From: Azolla caroliniana
Taxonomy: Eukaryota; Plantae; Polypodiophyta
Direction: 5' to 3'
Assembly: GCA_043228905.1 (NCBI GenBank)
Contig: JBHGNT010000002.1
Location: 14,632,001-14,696,000 of the forward strand
DNA: 64,000 nt
This document shows positions 38,761-49,800 of this stretch, piece after piece; position 1 is the stretch's first letter; every line of letters starts with the position of its first letter. Under the pieces are notes generated by a model. The model had not been told where the DNA came from, made no database searches, and was given only the letters and a program-made list of their open reading frames with translations. A program made the position numbers and the translations under genes.

Positions 38761-38812
38761 TAGGGCTGTCCAACCAAACAACTCCTATTTTGGCTGGACT
38801 TAGTCGTTTAAC
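38761..38812 (-). promoter_or_regulatory. Putative -1 ribosomal frameshift signal at the gag/pol junction
   Basis: G-UUA-AAC in gag phase, 6-nt spacer, 11-bp stem. The protease ORF lies in the -1 frame. Confidence 0.75.
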
Positions 38813-40010
38813 TCTTCTTCTAACTGACTAAGGACATCAAATCTGTTCGCTAGATTTGGGCTATTAGTACTATTAGGACTATCAGATATCCCTACTGAAA
38901 TAGGCTCGGGTTTAGTACAATTAGAACTAGCGACTATTTGGTTTACCTCTCTTCTTGGCCTATGGGGGAAATCTATTGCAATATGTCCTGGTCCACCATA
39001 GTAAAGACATAGTCGATTTGTATGGCGTCGCTGCTTTTCTTCTTCGGATAATGGCCCTCGACGACGTGTAGTGTCAATCTCCATCGGAGTCGGAGTATTC
39101 ACTGGAGGCGCATTATATGACTCCCTCGGAAAAGGTCTTGCTACCACTGAGGTGTAGGTGGGCTCTTATCTTGCCCTCGGCATCTGTAGCTGTCGTTCCG
39201 AACGTCGCTCAAAGAGGCGGTTGTCACATCTCACCGCGCGACTGATTGCTTCTGTTAAGGACTTTGGCTCTTCGGAGAAGGTCAAGAGTAAATCCTTGAC
39301 GTCGTTGCGTAAACCATAACGGAATTGCTCCATCAACGCTTGATCATCCCAAGGGATATCGGCGGTGAGTAGGCGAAAATCTGCAGCGTATGTGGAGGCT
39401 GGACGGTCACCTTGGCGTAATCACCGAATTTTGTTGATTGCGGTCCTGATGCTGTCAGTATCTCTGAAATATGCTTTAAACTCACCTAGAAACTCTTCAA
39501 AATTGTTGAGTAACGGAGATTCCTTTTCTAATAGTGGAGCGAACCATGCCAATGCTGAGCCACTTAACAAAGTGCCTACTAAACCCACTCGTGATGCATC
39601 GGTGGGATATCGGGAAGGATGCATTTGAATAACTAATCGTACCTGGTTAAGGAACCCTTTAAACTGCGATCACGTTCCATTGAACTTCGTGGGAAGGCCA
39701 ATCTTGGGTTCTTTATGAATCCCTTGTGTTCCGGGCCCTTGTTGTTGCATCGCTACGATGGTTGCTTCGAGTTGTTGCACGCGTAACGCAAGTTCCCCAT
39801 GCTGTTGTTGCGTTTGCTGCTTTTCTAAGGAGATTTGCTGAAGATCCTCCAGCAACCGTTGGTTTTCTTGTTCCAAAGCATGGAACTTCTCTTTCAAGCA
39901 TTGAAATTACGAGAAAACAGATTGATATTCTTCAGCGCTAACAGTGGCCATGGGATGAAAGAAAAGAGGAATAAGAGATTAGTAGGAAATGAGAGAGACA
40001 GAAGGTAGGG

Positions 40011-40022
40011 AAATCGGTTCAA
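40011..40022 (-). promoter_or_regulatory. Self-priming-type primer binding site
   Basis: Perfect 12-nt complement of LTR 40210-40221, which lies ~33 nt downstream of TATAAAA (40254-40248). No TGG start. Confidence 0.8.
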
Positions 40023-40361
40023 ACTGTCAGGAATAGTACTAAGACAGAGAAGGAATTAGTACTAAAAGAAGTATTAGTACTAAGAGAGGTGAAGAACTCT
40101 CGAGAGAAGGAAAGAGTGAGTGAGAGGGAGAGAGAGAGAGAGTGATGATAAGAAAAGATATATATTATGTGAAGAAAATGTACAGTAGCTAGGAGGCTTA
40201 AGACTGGCGTTGAACCGATTTGGTTCGAAATAATGCCTTGTGCCTCCTTTTATAGTGTTCTAAGGAATACTCCTGAAGTTTCTAGAATGTTCCAGAGAAA
40301 TCTGGAATATACATTAATTTTCTATAATAAAACATGAATGAAAATAATATTCTACGTATTA

Positions 40362-40433
40362 CAATATATAGTCTAATGGTCAAGAGCTCGACCCATGTAG
40401 CATAAGGTCATGGGTTCGAGTCTTGCCATATCA
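40362..40433 (+). pseudogene. tRNA-like relic with A and B boxes at the U3 end of the LTR, antisense to the element
   Basis: tagtctaatggtcaag ... aggtcatgggttcgagtc with tRNA-like spacing. Stems are degenerate and the anticodon is unreadable. Confidence 0.55.
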
Positions 40434-42423
40434 TGACACTTCTTCATTTTCAAACACCATGTCGTCCTCGTTGTCAAACAACACTCTTGAAAGCATATCG
40501 GCCATGGCGGTGTCCTTCCCGGAGATGTGCCGTATCTCCGGATTCAGGGACTTAATGTACGCGATCCACCTAAGCATGGCTAGGTCCAGAGTTGCGCATT
40601 CGGAAACCATACCTAGGATTGGTAGGCAGTCTGTCTCGATTACTAACTCCGTCCCGATCAGATAGTCTTTGTTGGCCTTGACTGCCGAAACGATACCCCA
40701 GAGTTCACGCTTAATCTGGGCATATCCTCGTTGTCGCTCGCTCAGTACCTTCGCCCCGAATTGGATGGGGAACCTCGTGCCATTCTTTTCCTCCTAATTG
40801 ACCACCCATCAGATCCCGGTCGGACACGTGTTCACAGTCACAAAAAACGGGACACCCTTCCCATAAACCGCTTTCCGGAGGGCCGATGTCGTGGCTAGTG
40901 CCTCCTTCAACCTCCGGACCTACTCTATGTGCTCCTCGTTCCATTCAAACTTACGCCCCTTTTTCAACAACTAGTAGAGAGGTTCCGCGATGTGTGCGTA
41001 ATGCAAGATCCAGACGTGATAGAACGTGCACGCATCCAAGAACCTCCGCACCTCTGTTACCGAATTGCAGTCCTCTTTTATTGCCCAGATGGCCTCCACC
41101 TTCGCCGGAGACGGTCTCCGACCGTAAGGCCCGCACAAGTGCCCAACCACCAACATTTCGGACTGCCCGAAAGCCGACTTCTCTCAAGAGAAGGTGAGCC
41201 GTGCACTCTTGAGCCTTTGTTGCACCTTCTCACAGTCCTCGATGTGATTCGCCATAAACCTTTGGCATCCATTTGGCCCGACCGATTCATCCTTATCTTT
41301 GACTGGACATCCTTTGATTGGGATGTTGTCCAAGAATGGCGTGGTGATGTTCGGGATGCAGTCCCTTAGCACCTTGTTCATTGTGTTCACCATGTGCGCC
41401 ACTAAGTTGGTCCTTCCTCGTAGCAAGGTACACATCCGCACTAAATCGAGAGGAGTCCGCATTGTCGTAATATCCCTGCTCTCTACGGCTAGTTGGAATT
41501 GGTCATATCCTAAGTACAGATCACCAACCGAATAGATCGACCTTCCAGGGAAGGCCTCCGCGAACTGGTCAATGGTCGGCCCAATTCCTGTGTTTTGAAT
41601 GGTCACCTTATTGATCGGCTGCAGGTCCTGAATGAAGCGTAACATGGCGTTCTTCTTCAGCATTGTAAACCACCGATTCGAATACAGGGCACTCGACGGT
41701 TCGAGGATGCCCATCTTCACCTTCTCCTTCAGCAGCTCCATCAACTTCAGGATGTGAGCTCTGGGTACCGGAATTGGCTTGAGATTCCATGGCACATGCA
41801 GTACCGTGAAGATAACCATTGGTTCCACGATCATCGGGTCCATGCACCCGATCTCCTCCGGCGAAAATGCGAAGGCCTTCCTGTGCCTCCAGAGCATCCT
41901 CCGAATCCGGTCCTCCTTCGCCGGCAGTAGAAAGCCAGCCCCACTGATCTTGAGTTCCCGTAGTGTTATATCGGTGAACCGGTGCCCTATGCCGGCTGAA
42001 TTCCGCAAAGTTGGGTCCACACGACCCCCTTCATCTGTTCCTCACTGCCCTTCGTCAAGGTAGCCGCCATTGGCCTCACCTTCTGGTCCTCAGTCTTGTA
42101 CCTCGTGTCTACGCAGGCCGTCCGACCCAACCCGACCTTCTCCCCAAAGTCAACAATGACTCCATACATTTCCACAGAACTAACCGGAATCACCCGGTCT
42201 TCATTGAGGCCTTCATCGAACGCCTTCCCTATCTCTCCCAGGGTGTCGTCGAAAGAGACTGCCTCCACAACGCCACTAATCTCTTCGTCGGGGCTGAGGG
42301 CTCTGCATGCCCTGAGACGCTCCTCGACCCTTTATCTTTCCTGGCCGCCGATGCCGGCTATCGTACAACCTCCGTTGTCGGAGAACCAAAATTTCCTACC
42401 TATGGTACACGTGTGGGGTTCTT

Positions 42424-42478
42424 CCGAGGTGTTTGGACTATCGTAGCCCCACGCCTGGATAGCCCTCTCTAAAAATCC
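42424..42478 (-). promoter_or_regulatory. Putative -1 ribosomal frameshift signal between protease and RT of Gypsy G
   Basis: G-GAU-UUU immediately before the UAG, 6-nt spacer, 8-bp stem with pseudoknot potential. The downstream pre-RT ORF (41987-42268) is in the -1 frame. Confidence 0.7.
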
Positions 42479-43722
42479 CCTCGGTCATCACCGCTGAGAG
42501 TCTCACTGTTGCGCTTGTGGTTCGATCGTACCGTCAAAAACTGGAAAGAATGGCGTCCATCTTGGCTCTTTACGCGTGCGCACGTTGAACCGTTGTCCAA
42601 CACCTTGGTCTCCATGCAGGCCGCTGTAATGTATGGTTTGCCGAGTACCACCGGATGCAAAGAAGTTTCCTGCACGAAAAAGTGCTGATCTATCTTGATG
42701 TCCCCAATTTTGACGTGCACGTTCGAGCATGACCTGTGTAGTTCCTCTGTAGCACGCGTGGCCGCACATATTTTCCACCCGTGCTTGGTGTTGATTGGCC
42801 ATTTGCCCTTTTTGTAGAAGTCCATGGACATAAGGTTTATTTCGGAGCCGTGGTCTATCAATGCGACCACCGGCTCCTGGACGTTCCCGATCCGGACCGG
42901 GTTCTTCGTAGTAGCCCTCGCCTAGTGCAACTTCGAGTAGTGGCTCTCCGCCAACCCATCCTCCAAGGCCTCATCCTCCAGGTGCGTCGTCCGCGCCTCT
43001 ATGGGCTTCTCCGATTCCGGCTCCGTCGAGAGCTGTTTACGCTTTACCAAGTCCACGATGGAATTGTGGCACTTCTCTCAACGACAGTTCTACCTTGCTA
43101 TTGAGGATCTGCCCTTCGAGGACCTTCCGCAAGTCCGTCGATCTCTCAATCTCCGTGCCCAACTAGTAACCGGCCTGCTTTGTTTTCTCTGGTATGCCGG
43201 GATTACCGACATCGTTCTTCTTTGGTCTGAACCGAGTCTCGTACCTCCGGCTCTCCTTGCTCGCTTGTCCTCTACCAGAACTTTGTAGTTCTGGCACGAT
43301 GCTTCCATGAATCCGGTTTCTCCTCGACCGGATCGGACCACCCCGTGACTTCCCGGACCTGCTGTTCCACACAATCTGCTTGCTCCCTCTCCAGTCGTAC
43401 TCCGAAGAGGCCTTCTAGTAGAATCCAGAGTCCTTCGTGTTTTGGCCTTCGTCGCTTCCGACCTAGATCCCAACTGACGCCGAATAGTGGATGGCCTCTG
43501 CATGGCGCGCCACAGCTTCCTCTGTTAGCCGCTTCATTCCGCCACATTTGGTATTCATCTCCAGGGCACTCCGGGTGTCGCTAGCATGCACCCGCCCGTT
43601 CCATAGGTATACTACATTACTTCTGAGCGCGTCCGTAAATTCTATGCAATCTCTCCTCTTGTGGCCGACCGCGTCGCACCACATGCATCGTTGTCCAGTC
43701 AGGGGTCTCCGGTCGCAGATTG

Positions 43723-44149
43723 TGTTAGGAAACAGGTCCCTTCGGATGGGAAATTGGATGACGTGTACCCGGCTACAGAAGACCCGGTGAGAACCGGATG
43801 ACGAGTACCCGGCAAGAGCCGGATGGTGAAGACCCGGTGAGAACCGGATGACGAGTACCCGACAAGAGCCAGATGGTGAAGACCCGGTGAGAACCGGATG
43901 TGGAGTACTTGGCAACGGAAGACCCGGTGAGAACCGGATGACGAGTACCTGGCAAGCGCCGGATGATGTAGGCCCGGTGAGGAGTGCTCACCGGATGAAG
44001 GGACATATTCGTAAATATGTTTCTGAGAGTCCATTGGGGCTATATTTGTAAATAGCCGAAAAATCATATTAGTATAAATATGACTTAGGGCAAACTTAGT
44101 TTAAGGTTGTTGTCATTCTTGTTGGCGTAAGATTAGAGCGCAACAGTGT

Positions 44150-44232
<83 letters not shown>

Positions 44233-44515
44233 TGAAGAGTTCGTATCTCGGTTGTAACCGCCGCCTGTGGCGAAGACAGTGAACAAGAGGTTGTTGCCTC
44301 TGTGTTCATCTATTGTATATTGTTACATAGTGATAGTTAGCAGTCAGTGGACTGCCGTGGTTTTTCCCGTGTTTGGGTTTTCCACGTAAACATCCTGTGT
44401 ACTCTTCTCTTCACTGTGTCGTGCATTCATTCCCCGTTTTCTGTGTTGTGTTTTTTTTTATTCTACGCTCGGTTGTGGCCGAGCATTGTTCACCGGGAGC
44501 GCGTAGTTCCTGTCA
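43723..44515 (+). mobile_element. Solo LTR H (793 bp), related to Copia B LTRs, inserted in the gag of G
   Basis: TG...CA termini. TSD gattg/aattg. Start ggtcccttcggatggg, (GA)n at 44157-44225 and ggttttccacgtaaacat are shared with the B LTRs. Confidence 0.88.
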
Positions 44516-45361
44516 AATTGTTCTCCACTGTCTCTTCGGGTCTATGCAATCTGGAGGTTGCGCACCATCTGCGTTAGCTCTTCTAAAGCCACTCCTCGAA
44601 ATGGGCCCTTGACAACGTTGGTTGGGGCTGAGCCCGACTCGAGCCAACTTCGGGTGTCTTCCTCTCGCGCCGCCAACGGCTCCTCAAACTTCCTTGCTGC
44701 CGCCGGTCCCACTATCGCCAAACCCTTGTCGCTCCACTCATGCCGCTTATCGAAATGGCTACAGACTCTCTTTACCACAACCCAGTCGGCCGTGAGCCCT
44801 TCATCTATCTCCAATAGGAGACCCACATGCTCTCAATCCTGCACAATCACAGATTTACAAATAACAGGACACGACTCGTGTCAAGCACGGTCCTGTCTAA
44901 CACCGAGAGCCAGGCAAACCGTTTCTCGAACTCCTGAAGGAGCACCAACACGTTCCTGCCCTTTCCCGGGGTCTCAACCCATTCCATGAAGTCCTGCTTC
45001 GACAACCGAAGTGAGTTGTTGTACATGTACCTCTCGAGGAGCCGCCCTTCAAACTCCTCCCAGGTCTAGCAGCCAGCCTGCACCTTGAGCACCTTCGTGT
45101 GGAAGCCCGGTGTCACCACCCGAGGGAATCCGGACAGTCGTCTGTCCTCCGGGATGTCCGTCATTATCATCTCAGCCCGATAGGCCTCCAAATAACTTGT
45201 TGCGTTCTTCCCTCCGAACCGACCTATCGTGCCGACTATGGACTCGATGGCTCTATCGAGGGTACCCGTGCCCTCATGAGCGCTCACCAACCGATCGACG
45301 GCTACTGCCATGGCTTCGGCGAGTTCAGATCCTCTCATCTTCAAGCTCCTCTGCCGCCTGT

Positions 45362-45379
45362 TTCACGTCGGGTTCACCA
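45362..45379 (-). promoter_or_regulatory. PBS complementary to the tRNA-Trp 3' end
   Basis: Plus strand ttcacgtcgggttcacca matches my recollection of the last 18 nt of plant cytosolic tRNA-Trp; 5 nt from the LTR. Confidence 0.85.
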
Positions 45380-46575
45380 AATTATGTCGTTTTGTCGCAC
45401 GTGCGCGTAGGAAACTAAGGCGGGACCGCAGGGGCCCTGGACCGAGGAGTGAGCGAAGATAGAAGGAAAAGAGAAAGGAAAGAGAAAGAATGGTGGACGC
45501 TGGGTACCGGCAAGCACAACACTTGCCGGTTCTGATAGGGACTCGACAACACGCCAAAGATAGATACAGATTACACTTAGGAAGAATTGATTACGACCAA
45601 ATAGAGACTACAACAAGGATTGATAAAAAGAAAAACAGAGATTTGTGCTCGGTTCCTAGTCCGAAAGCAGTTCCTCCTCCCAAAACGCGATATCATTTGG
45701 TCCTTTCTCTCGCCCTTTTATAGGCCGGTGAGGAAGAGCTGTCACATCCTAGTTACATCATCCTTATTCTCTATCCCTTCGGACAGAGATATGCTTTGAT
45801 TTCCTAACCTATTAATATGTTTACATCACGCCGACCTATTCTTAGATTATGTACAAAGTTGTTTAAAATTTGCGCGCATTCGCGCATGTCATGGTTCGCG
45901 CGCTCGAATCCCCGTTTCCTCCTATGGCCGGTTTTCTTCACGACAATGCCTCCATTCAAAAGGCATAAGATAGGCTAGAGTGTTGTATCATGGCCATAGT
46001 TCTCTCTTGAGTTCAATTCATTCTTTGAACGATGTAATTTTGCTTTGTATTATAGGGTGTCATAAAGTCACATAAGATGCCTTGTTGTTTGGAAATGTTT
46101 ACAATCTGATCATGGGGAGAGTAACAAATCCAATGAATTCACATTGTTCGTGAAGAAGTATGAGGCACTACCCAAGAGACTAATGTGGTATATCTCCACA
46201 AACACCAAATGGACCAAATGAAGACACCTCAATTCCATTGGTGTGCTAACGAGGTGATGTGAGGTTGAATGCTTTGGCACATTCAATGTTCACAAAATTG
46301 ATTGTCGAAATTGGAGAGTTGAGAATGCAATCAACCTTAGGTAACTAATGGATGTTGGTCTCTCTCAAATGTATGAGTCTCTTGAGCCATAATGAAGTGT
46401 TGAGAATCGAACTCAACTTCCCATAGAGACAGTGTTCACACTAGCCAGTGGACAACATACTCGGCTAGTTTTGTAATTAGTGGAAAGGGCACTTGCCCTA
46501 GATCAGTTGGTATTTAAATCAACCTTTTGTAACTTAGTTACTGTTGGATGTAATATAAACTTTTCTTGTTTAGAG

Positions 46576-46625
<50 letters not shown>

Positions 46626-46805
46626 TCTTACTGCACACACACATACATAGAGTTTGCTTCCGTTGTACCATCCACGACTCTCATTTGCTACATGGTATCA
46701 GAGTGCGTGGTAGCTTGATCCAAGCCCATCTCCTTACGCGTGTTGTGCTCAGGCTCGTATTTAGAGCGGACCGACTGATCGTTGTAGCAACGATCTACAC
46801 AGTTC

Positions 46806-49800
46806 TGTAGAAAGTAGCGTGCGGAAGCAAGTATGAAGACCGAACAGAAGGGAGGAAACTCAGGTTCAATGGAGAGCTTGGGCTTACACGGTATACGCAG
46901 GAGAGACAGAGAGAGGAAAACAAAAAAACTATTTCAATAATAATACTCAGTCTGTACATAAGACGTGCTCAGTGAACTCTTTTATACAAGTCCTAGAAGG
47001 ACTGACCGAAGTACTGACAATACTTCAATGCTCATCAAGAGCTCCTACACTAACTCCCAAATATATTCCTCACGGAATATCTTTCCTAACGACCTCCCGG
47101 TTTACGCACTCAGCCTAACCGATCTGTCCCAACCGATCCGGTCCTCGGCTTCTTCAGCCGATCCGGCCGATGTTGAGCTTGTCTCTCAACACTCCCCCTC
47201 AAGCTCAACTTGAGGCTCTTCGGGATCTTCTGGCTTCTCGCCTCGCTTGCGCTCCTCGACCTGTTGGACTACGTGCGCTTCGACCCTTCCGGTCGGCTTG
47301 TTTGCTCATGCGGCCTTTATCAGCTCTTCTGCTGTTGCGGTATTCACGCTTCTCCTGCTGCCTTTTCTTCCACTTGGGCCACGGTTGATTCAGCGTATCT
47401 GAATCAAACATCCGAACCGACTTGGCTACTTCCGATCGGTTTTCGCTCTCGTCCGGGTTGGCTGTCTCCAACTCGTCTTCGGTCTTCTCGCCCTTGATGG
47501 CGTCATCTCCCCCATGCATGGTTGGCTTCGGCTCTTTCCTTCGGCTCCTCCCCTTTTGTCCTCTTCCGAACTTTTCCGCGGGTCCGCCCTCGACTTCTTC
47601 AGTCGATCCGAAGTCGTCAACTGACTCGGTGTCATGGTCTCCGCTCCTTTCCTGCTGCCTTGCTTGGTCGTTCGGGACTGTTCTCCCCCTCAAGTTTGGC
47701 ACGTCGAGGTGACGCAATCTGAGCGCACCGGAGAATTGCCGCAACTTGTCCAGACCAAGGGGCTTAGTGAAGATGTCAGCAGTCTGCAGTTCCGTCGGAA
47801 CGTACTGAAGTTCGACTTCACCGGAAAGGACACGCTCATGGACGAAATGGTAGTGCACCTCAATGTGCTTGGTCCATGCGTGGAAGACGGGGTTCTTCGT
47901 GAGTTGGATGCTGTTGAGGTTGTCGCAGTAGATCGTCGTCGGATCTGACACCTCCTCTTGCAACTCCTTAAGTAGCCGCTTCAACCATATGGCTTCGCAT
48001 GTCGCGACAACCGCTCCTCGGTACTTAGCTTCGGTGCTCGACAGTGCAACTGCTGGCTGCTTCTTATTGCTCCACACTATCGCGGCACTCCTGAGGGAGA
48101 ACGCGTATCCAGACGTGGATCGGCGATCGGCGGTGTTGCCAGCCCAATCAGCATCGGTGTAGCCGACTAACTGCGCGGCTGCACCGGTCCGATATAGCAG
48201 TCCTCGGTCCTTAGTGCCACTTACGTATCGCAGTACGCGTTGTGCACACTGAAGGTGCTCCTCGGTAGGTCGCGCCATGAACTGACTGATCACCCCGACC
48301 GGGTAACTGAGGTCGGGTCGGGTGATGGTCAAGTATATGAGGCGTCCGACAATTTGTCGAATCCTCGTTGGGTCGCATACCTTTCCCGTATCGGGACGAA
48401 GCTTGACGGTTTTGTCCAGAGGAGTCGAGACGGACTTACAGTCGGCCATCCCGAGCTTGAAGAGCATACTCAGCACGTAATGACGTTGGTTGATCAATAT
48501 GCCTTCGGGGGTACAGATCACTTCGATCCCGAGGAAGTAATGAAGGTTCCCCCAGATCCTTCATGTCGAACGATGCCGCAAGTTGGAGCTTCACGCGGTC
48601 GATTTCACCGAGGTCGGCGCCGGTGATGACCAAGTAATCAACATATAGTAAAATACTAACCGGTCTGAGTCGACCTTTCTGGATGAACAGGGAAGAGTCC
48701 GATTTTGACGTGACGAAGCCCATCTGACGCAGTTGTTGCGTGATCGTCGCGTTCCAGGCACGCGGGGCTTGCTTCAGTCCGTAAAGGGACTTCTTCAGTT
48801 GGCATACTGCCGAGGAGTTCGTTCCGGAGTGAAATCCGGGGGGCTGTACCATGTACACCTGTTCCTCAAGGTCACCTTGCAGGAACACATTCTTTACATC
48901 CATCTGATGTAGGTGCCACCCCTTCGCCACAGCTACTGCGAGCAAAACACGGACGGTCGTCATTTTCGCGATTGGCACAAACATCTCATCGTAGTCGATG
49001 CCATGTTTTTGCGCGTAGCCCTTTGCCTCCAGCCGAGCCTTGTACCAGTTGACCGAGCCATCGGTGTTGTACTTGACTTTGTACACCCATGTACACCTGA
49101 TCGGCTTCACACCTTTCGGTGCGTCAACTAGGTCCCAGGTATCATTCTCCGCCAATGCGTGCATCTCTTCCTCCATCGCGGCACGCCAATTCGCGTCCGT
49201 CGCCGCTTCTGCGTAGCTCTCCGGCTCACGCACTTCCGCTATACGGGTCATGTACGCATAATGATGCGCCATGTACTCGTTGTATCCGAACCGCAAAACA
49301 GGATTCTTCTGGTGGGTAGATCGGCGTAATCTCTCATTACCCGATGTCGAGGCCTTCTCGGTCGACGCGGTCTTCACCTTTAAAGACCCGTCACCGGTTC
49401 CCTCGGAGTCGGACTCGCGTCGGTCTGACTCGTTCCTATCCGTGCCAGAATCCGACACCTTCTTCTTCCCTTTCTCTTTCCGCATAAGCCGTCTCCTCGG
49501 CTTCCTGCGCGGGGAATGCACGGCTGAGTCTCCACTACTCGCCGGCTCTTCATCAGACTGGTCGTACTGACTCAGTCGTCCAATCGGTCCACTTAACCGG
49601 AGTGAAATCGGACTCTCTTCGCGGGTCTCGATTTCGGGCTACTCCGGAGGCATCTCGGCCTCGCTGACCTCATCGTCAGAACTCATATTGGAGTCGGGGT
49701 TCCGAGTCGGGGGCAGGTACCAGGACGCAGACATGTCAAACACAACATCGCGGCTGACACGCGCTTGTTTGGTGCGAGGGTTATAGCACTTATAACCCTT

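Larger units (their letters stand above)
36935..40438 (-). mobile_element. 3'-truncated Tf1/Tcn1-like Gypsy (chromovirus-type) element nested in G
   Basis: 5' LTR 40025-40438 (TGTCA...TGACA). gag 39951-38800 (PMEID, RLCLYYGGPGH), [47 protein letters not shown], RNaseH EADASDFALG. IN and the 3' LTR are deleted. Confidence 0.92.
34872..45945 (-). mobile_element. Ty3/Gypsy element G (non-chromovirus type, tRNA-Trp primed), hosting two insertions
   Basis: LTRs 34872-35447 and 45385-45945. Minus-strand gag (45344 onward; CMWCDAVGHKRRDC), PR LIDHGSEINLM, RT FIQDLQPINKVT/PFLDNIPIKG, IN HESPWAGH...RWFGPY. No matching TSD (aacgt vs atgcc). Confidence 0.92.

Noticed and set aside
34867-45950. TSD for Gypsy G
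   Set aside because: Flanks aacgt and atgcc do not match.
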